Below are positions 21,518-31,365 of a stretch of DNA of 64,000 bases, in pieces (position 1 is the stretch's first letter; each line of letters opens with the position of its first letter). Under the pieces are notes generated by a model. It was not told the DNA's origin. It saw nothing but the letters and a program-made list of their open reading frames with translations, and did no database searches. Where the stretch lies: NCBI GenBank assembly GCA_963823665.1, contig CAWGMQ010000004.1:2848001-2912000 (forward strand), read 5' to 3'. A program made the position numbers and the translations under genes. Source of the DNA: an uncultured Planctomycetota bacterium (lineage in GTDB: Bacteria; Planctomycetota; Planctomycetia; Isosphaerales; Isosphaeraceae).

Positions 21518-22198
21518 TCAAGCCTCCTGCGGCGCCAGCGTTCCGTCGCGGATCATCACGATTCGGTCGGCGATCGAATGAACAAGCGGGTCGTGAGTCA
21601 CGATGAGGAGGGCGCGGTTTTCAGAACGAGCCAGGTCACGGAACAGCGACAGTACGCGTTTTCCGCTTTCGGAGTCGAGATTACCAGTTGGTTCGTCGGC
21701 GAGAATGACAGGTGCTGGGCCGGCGATTGCGCGCGCCACCGCCACGCGCTGGCGCTGGCCTCCGGAAAGCTCGCGCGGGTGAAAGTGCTTGCGGTCGCCC
21801 AGACCGACTGCATCGAGCACCCGCTCGGCCTCCGCGCACGCCTTTGGTCCGCGCCAGCCCTTGAGATTGAGAGCGTACTGCACGTTTTCTGCGGCCGAGA
21901 GCGAAGGAAACAAGTTAAATTGCTGAAAGACAAAGCCGATCGACCGGCGGCGGATTTCCCGCAGGCGTTCCGGGCGGTCTGGCTCGAGCGCGTGTCCATC
22001 GATCATAACGCGTCCCGCGGTCGGGGTCAGCAGGCAGCCCAAGATACAAAGAAGTGTCGTCTTGCCCGAGCCCGATGGGCCGACGACCGCAACCACTTCA
22101 CCGCGTGCAACCGAGAGAGAGATTCCGCGGAGGACCGGCACAGTGAGCGTGCCGTCGGTGTATGTTTTCACCACATTCTGAGCGTCGAGCACTGCCAC
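21518..22198 (-). CDS. ABC transporter ATP-binding protein (LolD/DevA-like)
   Basis: GPSGSGKT, LSGGQRQR, LADEPTGNLD, VTHD. Confidence 0.95.
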   Translation of the reverse strand: MAVLDAQNVVKTYTDGTLTVPVLRGISLSVARGEVVAVVGPSGSGKTTLLCILGCLLTPTAGRVMIDGHALEPDRPERLREIRRRSIGFVFQQFNLFPSLSAAENVQYALNLKGWRGPKACAEAERVLDAVGLGDRKHFHPRELSGGQRQRVAVARAIAGPAPVILADEPTGNLDSESGKRVLSLFRDLARSENRALLIVTHDPLVHSIADRIVMIRDGTLAPQEA

Positions 22199-22227
22199 GA
22201 AAAGAGATCCTTACCTGGCAAGCTTTC

Positions 22228-23356
22228 TCAACCGCGGAACACGAGCGCCGGGTCGAGCGAAGCGACCTTGCGGAACGAGAGGAAGGCAGCCCCCAGGCAG
22301 AGCACCTGCGTTCCAATAAAGACAAGCGCCGCGACGGTCGGAGACACGATCACCCTCATGTCGAGCTGGGCCAGGATGGGCGCGAGGCCTGCCGTGATCG
22401 CGAGCGCCACCGCGAACCCGAGAATCGCCGCGAACGACGCCTGTTCGGCGATGATACCATACACCGTGAAGTTACCACCGCCGATTGCCTTGACCGTTCC
22501 GAACTCGGCGAGGTGTTCGGTCGTCGACGCGTAGAGTGTCTGGGCCACGATCACCACGCCGACCAATGCCCCGAGGGCGACTGTCACGAAGACCGTGAGC
22601 CCGAGCCCGGTGTTTTCGATCCAGTAAGCCGCGCGACCGGCTGGCCCATTCGGCGCTCGAGTAGACGTCGTTGTAGGGGAGGCGGCGGCAGATCTCGCGA
22701 CGAACGGCGGCTGAGTCAGCTCCGGGCTCGAGACGGACCACAGTGAACGTCGTTCGCCCCGAGAGCTCGGCGGGCGAAAGCGATTGCGCCAGCCGGTAAT
22801 CGAGAAAGGCGATGGGGCTGGTGGTGAATGAGAGCGCCTCGCGAGTGCGGCCGATGATCTTGAGCCGGCGGCCTTGAAACTCACGGTATTCGCCGACCTG
22901 GAATGGACCGAAGCGGCGCTCGGCCGAGGAGTCGAGCATGACGTAGGCTCCTCGCCTCAAATCGGCCGGGTCGCCCGACTCGATATCCCAAGGGAAACTC
23001 CACGCGGCGAAGTTCTCGAGGCCGTAATATACAACGGTTTCCTTCGCGCCAGAGGGAAGCGTAACGATCGCGTACCAGACGATGAGGTTATCTGCTCGGG
23101 CGACGCCCGGAATCGCGCGCACTCGTTGAACATATCCGTCGGAGTAGGTATTGCCGAAATCGACGTTGGGCGTATTTCTCGCGGTGATCCAGAGATCGGC
23201 CGGTAGCTTATCGATCGTGATGCTGGCGTGATCGAGGAGTCCGAAGAACAAGCCGACCTGAACAAGCACCAGAGCGGCGGCGAACCCGACGCCGAGGACG
23301 GTGGCGGCGAATCGGGCCTTTTCGTTGAGGAGCATCTTGAGTGCCAGGTCGATCAT
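22228..23356 (-). CDS. ABC permease (FtsX/DevC-like; frameshift near 22629)
   Basis: MIDLALKML..KARF..TVLGVGFA...Q.GLF, and C-terminal EFGTVKAIG...FRKVASLDPALVFRG, in two frames. Confidence 0.85.
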
Positions 23357-24276
23357 CGGGTGAGTTTCTCCGGGATCGACTCGGAGCTGGGTTTGGTCAC
23401 TGGCTGGGCACCGGGGTTCGGGCCGATCAACCGTGCCACGATTGCATCCGGCAGTCGCTTGATGAGTGACGTGAGCAGGGTCATCGGCAGAGGAAAGCAG
23501 ACGAGCCCTCCCTGTCGGCGAGCGATCAATCGGGCGATGCGTGCCGCAGCGTCTTCGGCCGACATGATGAACGGCGTGGCTGAATCCATCGGTGTCATGG
23601 GCGTGGAGACGAAGCCGGGGCAGACTGTTGTAACAGTGACTCCGCAGGTTTTCGTTGCAATTCTTATACCTTCCACGTACGCGTTGACGGCGGCCTTGCT
23701 GGCGCAATAGGCGGATTCGCCTGGTAGGCCCTTGAATGCGGCGAGGCTTGAGATGGCGAGTAGGTGGCCATGTTTGCGATCGAGCATACCGGGTAGGACG
23801 GCCTCGATCGCGTAGATCACACCCATCACGTTGACGCGGATTGTATTTTCGACGTCGGTCGTGTTCAGGGGATTGAGATGGGTGGGCGCCCCGAAGCCGG
23901 CGTTGGCGACCAGGATGTCGACGGGACCGAGATGGTTTTCGACCGATGTGATCGCGTTCCGGAGAGACTGGCGATCACTGACATCAGCGGGGGCGGCGAG
24001 GGCTTTTCCGCCGGATGCGGCGATTTCTTTCGCGGTGGCTTCGAGCTCAGCCTGTCGGCGCGCGATCAGGCCGAGGCGATAGCCGGCGGCGCCGAGCTGG
24101 ATGGCGAGCGCGCGGCCGATGCCGCTTGAGGCTCCGGTGATGATGGCGACGGGTCTTGGCCGATCATTTTGCGATCGCAATCCGTTTTCTCCTCGCCATT
24201 TTTGGGCGATGGGGTCGTTTCGGCGTTTCCGTGGCGGATCGAGGGTCGCAGGGCGATTGAGCGCTTGCGAGCCCAA
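23353..24276 (-). CDS. SDR family oxidoreductase
   Basis: TGASSGIG, ANAG, YCASK. Stop overlaps the permease start (ATGA). The true start may be downstream of 24276. Confidence 0.9.
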   Translation of the reverse strand: MGSQALNRPATLDPPRKRRNDPIAQKWRGENGLRSQNDRPRPVAIITGASSGIGRALAIQLGAAGYRLGLIARRQAELEATAKEIAASGGKALAAPADVSDRQSLRNAITSVENHLGPVDILVANAGFGAPTHLNPLNTTDVENTIRVNVMGVIYAIEAVLPGMLDRKHGHLLAISSLAAFKGLPGESAYCASKAAVNAYVEGIRIATKTCGVTVTTVCPGFVSTPMTPMDSATPFIMSAEDAAARIARLIARRQGGLVCFPLPMTLLTSLIKRLPDAIVARLIGPNPGAQPVTKPSSESIPEKLTR

Positions 24277-24343
24277 GCAATCATGCTCTTCGCAGGGCTG
24301 CTTTACGTCAAGGCGGACATGCCTGGGCGGTCGCTCCGAGAGA

Positions 24344-24465
24344 AACCTCGACCTTTACAGCCCGGGCATATCACCAATGACACCGAGGGAGCCCCCTTGG
24401 AGCGCCTGGACATCCATCCGTAGCCTCCAGGCCGTCGGAGGGCGTCGCAATCTTTGATCATCGGG
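24344..24465 (-). pseudogene. Internally deleted duplicate of the 25578-25934 gene joined to the start of the Cys-rich gene
   Basis: ATGATCAAAGATTGCGACGCCCTC joined directly to sequence matching about 25510-25610. Confidence 0.75.
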
Positions 24466-24625
24466 AATTGATATCGGCCCTTCGGACGGTACCTGGATTG
24501 AGCTGTTCCAGAAAGCGCGGGTCTTCCCCGTGGATTGTGAGCGGCAGCGGTGGGTGGATGCGAGGTCAGGCGGAAGACCGTCTACGTCCAAAACTGCCAC
24601 CATGGTTTCTTCCGGGAACCGAAGC

Positions 24626-24865
24626 TCAGGCAGCCCCGACATCGAGCCGGAGTGCTTGCCCGCGTTTGTGCAATGCGATGATCTGGCCCGCCCGCAACGT
24701 ATGCAGGCCGTACGTCTGGCCCGAGTTGTCGCAGAACTCTACCTCGAACGCCTCGCCGCCCCCGAGCAATTCGACCACGGCGCCGACCTCCCCGGCGGTA
24801 AGGCCGAGAGACGGTCGATCCTGCGTCACGGCAACGGTGTCAAGGAGATCGATGTGCGCTGCCAT
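24626..24865 (-). CDS. DUF4926 domain protein
   Basis: LLDTVAV..D.P..GL..GEVGAVVE....AFEVEF.D..GQTY pattern. Confidence 0.8.
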   Translation of the reverse strand: MAAHIDLLDTVAVTQDRPSLGLTAGEVGAVVELLGGGEAFEVEFCDNSGQTYGLHTLRAGQIIALHKRGQALRLDVGAA

Positions 24866-24872
24866 TTGAGCC

Positions 24873-25005
24873 TCATCTCGGAAGTACGAAACATGTGGTC
24901 AGCCGTGCGTAATCCTCGCCCGTCCGAATGATCCATGCGGACCGCACCATCGCCTTCCCTGCTGGCGTCGCGATCTCGAAGTCGATACGGTAACGGTCCC
25001 CGCAC
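24873..25005 (-). pseudogene. C-terminal remnant of a DUF6883-like protein
   Basis: Frame reads DRYRIDFEIATPAGKAMVRSAWIIRTGEDYARLTTCFVLPR*, just upstream of DUF4926. The N-terminus is absent. Confidence 0.65.
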
Positions 25006-25316
25006 TCGTCGCGTCACTCGAATTCGGCCTGGCGGTCGACCGCGGCCTGCAAAATCCACTAATACACTGTCGTCATTCATCGCCCGAGTCTCCGGCCGGC
25101 AATTCCTTCGGCGTGCAGTTCAGGGGTGGGTTGTGTTGAGTGGATAACGGGGTCCAACTTTCAGGTATTCATCGGTCAATATTGCTCGGCCGGACCGCCG
25201 GAGTGCAATTCTGCCAGAAGTTCTTTGAGCGCCGCACGACCTTCCTCGAGCGAGCGGGCGTTGTAGACACGATCATACCACAGGCACGGACGGCCGAGGT
25301 TTGCTCGAGCGAAATG

Positions 25317-25550
25317 TCAATCGGACGGCTCGGCTGAGGCTCCGCACGAGACGCAAAAGTGGTAGGCTCGGCCGTCGTGCATGAGCCAAATCGTGCTGTC
25401 TCGCCCGCAGATCTCACATCGTCGCTGTTTACTCTCATCCTCCTCGGCTACGAAATGACACCGGCTGCAACGCCAGTTGGTGCGACCGTCGTCATCGACG
25501 CTCCACGTAAAACCTCGACCTTTACAGGCCGGGCATATCACCAATGACAT
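25317..25550 (-). CDS. Small Cys-rich double zinc-ribbon protein
   Basis: CPAC, CSRC, CEIC and CVSC pairs. Confidence 0.6.
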   Translation of the reverse strand: MSLVICPACKGRGFTWSVDDDGRTNWRCSRCHFVAEEDESKQRRCEICGRDSTIWLMHDGRAYHFCVSCGASAEPSD

Positions 25551-25577
25551 GGACGGAGCCCCCGTTGTAGCGTCTGG

Positions 25578-25934
25578 TCATTCATCCGTCGCCTCAAGGC
25601 CGTCGAAGGTGTCGACAGGCACCAGGCCGAATTCCAGTTTGAGCTGATCATCGAAATCGCATCGCGTGCCATCTGGGGCACGCGACAGCCACGAAATGCA
25701 AAGCTCGGCGAGGCGGGTGTCGTCGGGTATGCGATACATGTTGCCTCCCCAAGTGCCCATGTACCAGGCGCCTTCGTCGCGCGAGACCCAGAAGCTGTTG
25801 CCGGTGAGGCCGCCGTCCGCCCGCTTCTTGGAGCAGACGCAGGTGCGGTGCCAGGTGCCGTGATCTTCTACGCCGTTCGTGAAGAATCCGGCAGCGGTGA
25901 CGGCTTGTGCGAGGGCGTAGTAATCTTTGATCAT
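25578..25934 (-). CDS. Hypothetical protein (MIKDYYAL...)
   Basis: Globular composition. Its 5' end is copied at about 24461 and about 31405. Confidence 0.65.
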   Translation of the reverse strand: MIKDYYALAQAVTAAGFFTNGVEDHGTWHRTCVCSKKRADGGLTGNSFWVSRDEGAWYMGTWGGNMYRIPDDTRLAELCISWLSRAPDGTRCDFDDQLKLEFGLVPVDTFDGLEATDE

Positions 25935-26801
25935 GGGAAGGTGAGTTTTTTCAGTAAATGGGGTGTACGTGAGAGTCGATTGGAGTCTCCGGGGATTTCG
26001 GCTCATTTTCCGTACACCGAAGTCTGAGTCGATTGAAAGATCTTGTACTTCTCGTGAAGATACCTGGAAAGCCCGTCCAAGTCTGGGAACAACAAATGGG
26101 TGTTCATACCAGCAAATGAGAGATATTGCTTGATTTCGTCAACGAGCTTGGGACCTTTGATATCGACCCTTCGGACGGTTCCTGGACTGATCTGTTCCAG
26201 AGGGCGCGAGTTTTCGCCGTGGATCGTAAAGTAGCCCTGCTGGGCATGGAGGCGGTCGCTGAGCTGGAGCGGATACAGCGCCACTGGATGATCCCAGCCG
26301 AAACTAGGAAATTTGCCGACCAGGAACGAGCCGTAATCCCGCACCACGCGGTTGTCATCCTTCAGTAACTGCGGCGCGACGAGATCGCGACTACCGACGC
26401 TCTTCTCGTGCTTGTTCAGGGCATACGGATTCAGGAGCCAGACGCAGGGTTTCGCGCCGTCATTCGGCCCGTGGACGGCAAAGTAGAGCGCGACAGCGAG
26501 TGTCTCGGTCCAGTCGAGGATACGAGTTGCCAGGCCATGATGCCTCATGAAGAACAGGGTATTCCAGCCAGTGAGCGGTCATCCAGAGCCAGCTCGTTTT
26601 GGGCGTCTTTGATGTCACCGGGCGCTTCAAAACCAGCCAATTATGGGCGCTTATCGGTAGTTCAAAACCAGCCACCCCGTTCGGGTAGTTACATTGGTCA
26701 ATTCAATACAGCTCTACGGTAATCACGACTGACTGAGAACTTGCTTTGCTTGGCCGAATCGGTCTTTGACTTTTCCGGCGGAGCCGAATTGGCTCCTCAT
26801 T

Positions 26802-27725
26802 TTAACGCTTCGTTGTGGTCTTGCCTCCTCCCTTTCCGCTGGCGTTGGAGCCAGATGGCGCCTTGGCTGGTTTTGAATCTGGTGGGTTCTCTTCCGACCC
26901 GGAGGGCGCTTTGGCTGGTTTTGAATTCGAACCACCATGCTCAGAGCCGGAGGGCGCTTTGGCTGGTTTTGAATCTTCAAACCCGTTTCCGCCCGAAGCC
27001 GATTGGTGCCGCAGGCGGTAACTTCGGCCCTCCAATCGCACGAGCTCGGCATGATGCAGGAATCGATCCAAGATCGCCGTGGCACTCGGCACATCCCCGA
27101 GAAGCTTTCCCCAATCCTCGAGCGGACGGTTCGATGTCATCATCGTTGACCGTGTCTCATACCGCCGCATCACGACCTCGAAGAGACATTCACCGGAACG
27201 CCTCGGCAATTGCTTCATTCCCATGTCGTCGATGATCAACAACTCGGGCTTCAGGTACATCGTCAGCATCTTGTCCTCCTGCCCCAACACCTGATCATGC
27301 AGGAAGTCCCGGACCAGGTCGAAGACCGAGCGGTAAAGAACCGTGTAACCGGCCTTGACGGCTTGATACCCGATCGCTTGTACGAGATGGCTCTTTCCGA
27401 GGCCGGGCGGTCCCAGCCAGAGCACGTCGCGCCCTTCGCGGAGGAACCGACAGCTCGCCAAGTCGTACACCTGCTTGCGGGGGATCGACGGGTTGAACGA
27501 CCAGTCGAAGTCTTCCAACGACTTCCGCTCGCGAAACTCAGCCGCTTTGAACCGTCGCTGGAATTGGCGATCGGCTCGCACCGCCAGCTCGTCTTGAAGG
27601 ATCAGCTCAAGGAACTCGCTGTGGCTGAGGCCGTGGCCAGCGGCCTCCTGTAGGCGAATCTCCAGGCTCTCCAAGAGTCCGGAGAGCCGTAGTTGCCTCA
27701 ATACATTTCTCAGTGGTTCATTCAT
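26802..27725 (-). CDS. istB: IS21 helper ATPase IstB
   Basis: GPPGLGKSHL, LLIIDDMG, TSNRP..DWG, AILDRFLHHA...GRSYR. Confidence 0.95.
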   Translation of the reverse strand: MNEPLRNVLRQLRLSGLLESLEIRLQEAAGHGLSHSEFLELILQDELAVRADRQFQRRFKAAEFRERKSLEDFDWSFNPSIPRKQVYDLASCRFLREGRDVLWLGPPGLGKSHLVQAIGYQAVKAGYTVLYRSVFDLVRDFLHDQVLGQEDKMLTMYLKPELLIIDDMGMKQLPRRSGECLFEVVMRRYETRSTMMTSNRPLEDWGKLLGDVPSATAILDRFLHHAELVRLEGRSYRLRHQSASGGNGFEDSKPAKAPSGSEHGGSNSKPAKAPSGSEENPPDSKPAKAPSGSNASGKGGGKTTTKR

Positions 27726-27943
27726 GGAGAAAACTCCTGGTGTGGTGTGGAAAATGTCGTGCTCGATCTCGATCGCCGATCACAGAATCAAAATGTCATC
27801 TCCGTCCCTCTTGCCGAGCCGGAGCTGAGCCCCGTCCCCTCTTTTTCGCCGGAAACTCGGTAGCCACTGCAACGTTGTTTGCACCGTGACCGGCGGAGGT
27901 CTGCCAAGTCGATTCAGGCACTCCCGCTCAAAGCAACTCTGAT

Positions 27944-29524
27944 TCATGAGTTGTTCCCCTCGTATCGAGATTGGAATGCGTCGCGGACAAACTGGCCATA
28001 TTCACTCATTGGTCGGATCATAGGATGCTCGTTCATGAATGGCAGCAACTCTTGCTTGGGTCCCTGGCGCTTCAGGAGCGCACGGATTGTCCGGAGGCGA
28101 TACTCGCCGTAACCGTGCGCAATTTCGCAAGCGTGATCGATTGCCGAGGCGAGATGCCGGCTGGAAAGGTTCAAAAGGCCGATCAACACTCGCACTCCCT
28201 CGACTCCGCGGGCTCGGATCATCGCCTCTGCCCAAGCGGTGCTCTTGGGTCCCAGCCGAGTGGTCACTCTGCGCAGAAGCCAGGCTGCCCCTTTCTCGAC
28301 CCCGCTGATCTTATTGGGGTGAATCAGTTCAGGCGGTGTGCTGAAACGACCTGGTTCCTTCCTGAGATGCACGGCGATCTTCTCCATCCGATCGTTGTAG
28401 ATCGACACCAGGCGGCTGTCCCAGCGCACCCAGACGTCCCGGTCCCGGTATTCCGGCGGCACCGCATAGTAGGCCCGCTTGACCTCAACATGGCCATCGC
28501 GGTGGACAGTGCGGCGGCCCTCGTGGAACGACGGGAATAGACCCAATGGCAACGGTACCAGTGCCTCGCGCTCGACCTCGGCGAAATGCTTGCCGACCTG
28601 GCGACGGGTGGTGCCATGGATCCGGGTGTCAGCGACGGTCAGCTCCCAGTTCAGTAGGAAAGCATTCTGCTCCTCCAGGCTGGGGAATCGCCGTGCCTTG
28701 AGAGCGTTGCTCTGGACGTAGTCGACGCTTTTTTCGACCTTTCCCTTGTGCCGAGGTGTCCGGGGTCGCGTGGGCCAGAAGACAAAGCCGTAGTGCTCTC
28801 CGAAGGAGCGGACCTTGGGATTGAGCTCGGGATCAAACCAGTCGGCCTTCGTCACGGCGGCCTTCAGGTTATCCAGAACCAACCGTCTCGGTACGCCACC
28901 GAAGTGGCGAAAGGCACTTTCAATGCAGCGAAGGAATTCATCGGTGGTCTGGCGATAGACGGCCTCGGAGTAGGCCTTGCGAGAGTGGGACAGCACGATG
29001 CGGAAGACATGGGTTCTGCGGCGCTTGCCGTCGGTTGTGTAAACCGGAGCACCAGTGCCGAAGTCGACCTGGGCCTCCTCCCCTGGCTCACACTCAAGGC
29101 GCCGGAAGGGAAGCTCTTGTACCGGCTCGAGGCGGCGAACAAAGCGACGGACGGTGTAGTAGCTCCCCTGGAAGCCGTGTTCGGACGAGAGATCCTGGTA
29201 AATGCGTTGGGCGCTCAGGCCCTGGTTAAGCTTGGACTGAATGATGTCTCGCCAAGGCTCGCAATCGCTGAGTCGACCGCGAGCTTGGCTGCCGCGGTCG
29301 CTGGCCGAAGCGAGTGTCGGGACAGCCGCGCTTGCTGCAATTTCAGGGCCGCTCGAGCCGGAGGGCGCAATGGCTGGTTTTGGCGCCTCTCTGGCCTGCT
29401 TGAGGTAGCGAGCGACCGTCTCACGATTGATGTCCAGCTCGATGGCGATTTGGCGCTGGGACCATCCCCTGCGATGCAGGGACAAGATAGCGTCTATCAT
29501 GGCCACTTTGAGGCAATTCGACAT
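27944..29524 (-). CDS. istA: IS21 transposase IstA
   Basis: N-terminal HTH, PGEEAQVDFG, FGGVP...LDNLKAAV, KGKVE. Confidence 0.95.
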   Translation of the reverse strand: MSNCLKVAMIDAILSLHRRGWSQRQIAIELDINRETVARYLKQAREAPKPAIAPSGSSGPEIAASAAVPTLASASDRGSQARGRLSDCEPWRDIIQSKLNQGLSAQRIYQDLSSEHGFQGSYYTVRRFVRRLEPVQELPFRRLECEPGEEAQVDFGTGAPVYTTDGKRRRTHVFRIVLSHSRKAYSEAVYRQTTDEFLRCIESAFRHFGGVPRRLVLDNLKAAVTKADWFDPELNPKVRSFGEHYGFVFWPTRPRTPRHKGKVEKSVDYVQSNALKARRFPSLEEQNAFLLNWELTVADTRIHGTTRRQVGKHFAEVEREALVPLPLGLFPSFHEGRRTVHRDGHVEVKRAYYAVPPEYRDRDVWVRWDSRLVSIYNDRMEKIAVHLRKEPGRFSTPPELIHPNKISGVEKGAAWLLRRVTTRLGPKSTAWAEAMIRARGVEGVRVLIGLLNLSSRHLASAIDHACEIAHGYGEYRLRTIRALLKRQGPKQELLPFMNEHPMIRPMSEYGQFVRDAFQSRYEGNNS

Positions 29525-29820
29525 GGTGCGGCTCCAGGAAAGGGGTCTCCCGAAAGCCTACATGTCGAATCCGCGTCTCCTCATTAGTGGCTGGTTTTGA
29601 AGCGCCCCATGGTGGCTGGTTTTCGAGCGCCCGCTGTCACAGCTCGTTTTGGGCGTCCTTGATCTCGGCGAAGAATTGGTCGAGCATCGCGAAAACTCCG
29701 CGTCCGAGGCGGTAAGCGGGCGAGTAGGGAGCCGTTCAACCGCGAACAGCGTAGCACCGCGTAGCATGGGACGTAAGGGATCACTCTCGACCGGTGTCCA
29801 CGAGCGAGGGGTCGGTCACG

Positions 29821-29875
29821 CTCGGACGACGCGGAGCGTCGGGGACAGCATTCCCACGCAGAGCGTGGGAACGAG
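29821..29875. repeat. REP-like double hairpin (GACGCGGAGCGTC...TTCCCACGCAGAGCGTGGGAACGAG)
   Basis: A second copy lies at about 32392-32444. Confidence 0.7.
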
Positions 29876-30093
29876 GATATTGTGAGCGGCAACGGGTCGG
29901 TGGATGCGAGATCAGGCGGAACGCCGTCGGGCTCGGACGTGATCTTGATCCTCTTCGATGGGTGCGACATTTCGGAGGCGGCGCGATTGTGCATGGGCGG
30001 ACTACGTGCAACCGCAGAAACAACTGCGCGAGAAGGGCGGGGAGTCAGGCTAAAGCCTAACCTACAAAATGCGGGATCGCTCCTGGGGGCCGC

Positions 30094-31365
30094 TCAGTCT
30101 TCTTGCATCCGCATGAGCTTCTTGCCGCGGGTATCGATCAGCCACGATTCTCCGCCTTCCCAGAATGCGGGCGCGTCGTCCACGACGTGAAGCGTTCCTC
30201 CCAGGTGGACTCTGGCCACGCCGCCGCGAAAGCTGTGTGCTTCGTTATAAACGGCCTCGATCTGGTACTTGCCGGTTTTATCGATGTAGCCCCAGGTGTC
30301 ACCTTTTCCATAGACGGTTGTTTTCTTGGTCCGCACGGCGGCGAGCCCTTCACTGAAGTCGTCCGCTTCACCAAAACGCGGGCGGATCACCACTTTCCCT
30401 GTGTGGTCGATGTAACCGTACGATCTGTTCTGATTGCTCTGGGCCTCACCGCCCCGCACGCTGAGCACCGCCAATCCCTCATGAAACTCGGCTGCCGAGC
30501 CGTCTACGCTGAGGGCAGTCTTTCCCTGTCGGTCAATAAAGCGAGTGACCCAGTCCTTTCCAGCACGGCCACGATCGATGTGGACGGGCGCGAGTCCTTC
30601 GCGGAAGTCGCCCGTAGAATGGAGGTCTTCAACATCAATATCAATCACCGCTTTGCCCGACTTGTTGAGGAATTTGATCCCGGCAGAATCCAAGACCCTC
30701 GCCAGACCCTCTGATACGGAGCCGGCCGACTCGAATTGGATCGGTACGACAACTTCGCCCTCCTTGTTGATGTATCCCCACTTGCCTCCAAACATGCCGC
30801 CGGGAAACTCAAACCTGGCACCGACGTTGACGGCTGCCAGACCGTCTGAAAACGGTCTTACCTTGTCGTACTTGGGCGCGAGAACCACATGGCCCTGATC
30901 GTCGCAGAGTCCCCAGCGCTTTTCCGTTTCGCTCAGAAACCAGATCATTCCTTCCGACGCATCGTGGGAGGCCTGTGTTCCCTCAGGAAGCGTGAACTTC
31001 AGTTTTCCAGTCGGATCGATGAATCCCAACTTGCCGTCCGACCGCACGCAGGCCAAGCCATCGGCGAAATCCGCCGCATAGTCGTATTGTGGCTTCAGGA
31101 TGACAATTCCCCAGCGGTTGATAAAACCATACTTGCCGCCGGTATCTTGGTTGCGAAATGCAGCGATCGGAGGGGCCTGCCGTTTTGCGGCATCATCGAC
31201 GCTCACTTTGCCAGGTTCGTCTGGAGAAGAGCCCGTTTGCGCTTTGGCCTGAGATCGTTCGCTGTCTCCGGGCCGTGAATCCGTGCAGCCGGGAATCAAG
31301 GTGGCACCAACGAGGGCGACTGCGCCGACCAAGATGAGCCGGCTCGTGGCGTGGGATCCTCGCAT
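30094..31365 (-). CDS. WG-repeat lipoprotein
   Basis: Signal peptide ending LIPG-C, and repeated (W/Y)GYIDKTGK.VI.P.F..A..FSEGLA.V units. Confidence 0.88.
   Translation of the reverse strand: MRGSHATSRLILVGAVALVGATLIPGCTDSRPGDSERSQAKAQTGSSPDEPGKVSVDDAAKRQAPPIAAFRNQDTGGKYGFINRWGIVILKPQYDYAADFADGLACVRSDGKLGFIDPTGKLKFTLPEGTQASHDASEGMIWFLSETEKRWGLCDDQGHVVLAPKYDKVRPFSDGLAAVNVGARFEFPGGMFGGKWGYINKEGEVVVPIQFESAGSVSEGLARVLDSAGIKFLNKSGKAVIDIDVEDLHSTGDFREGLAPVHIDRGRAGKDWVTRFIDRQGKTALSVDGSAAEFHEGLAVLSVRGGEAQSNQNRSYGYIDHTGKVVIRPRFGEADDFSEGLAAVRTKKTTVYGKGDTWGYIDKTGKYQIEAVYNEAHSFRGGVARVHLGGTLHVVDDAPAFWEGGESWLIDTRGKKLMRMQED

Larger units (their letters stand above)
26613..29639 (-). mobile_element. IS21 family insertion sequence (3027 bp)
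   Basis: Ends TGTCACCGGGCGCTTCAAAACCAGCCA and (reverse complement) TGACAGCGGGCGCTCGAAAACCAGCCA, with repeated subterminal CAAAACCAGCCA boxes. Contains istA and istB. Flanked by a 23-bp direct repeat. Confidence 0.93.
26003..29687 (-). pseudogene. FRG domain protein, interrupted by IS21 and internally deleted
   Basis: W..LFFMRHHGLATRILDWTE...ALYFA, RLHAQQGYFTIHG, LFPDLDGL. The N-terminus MLDQFFAEIKDAQNEL lies on the far side of the IS. Confidence 0.75.
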
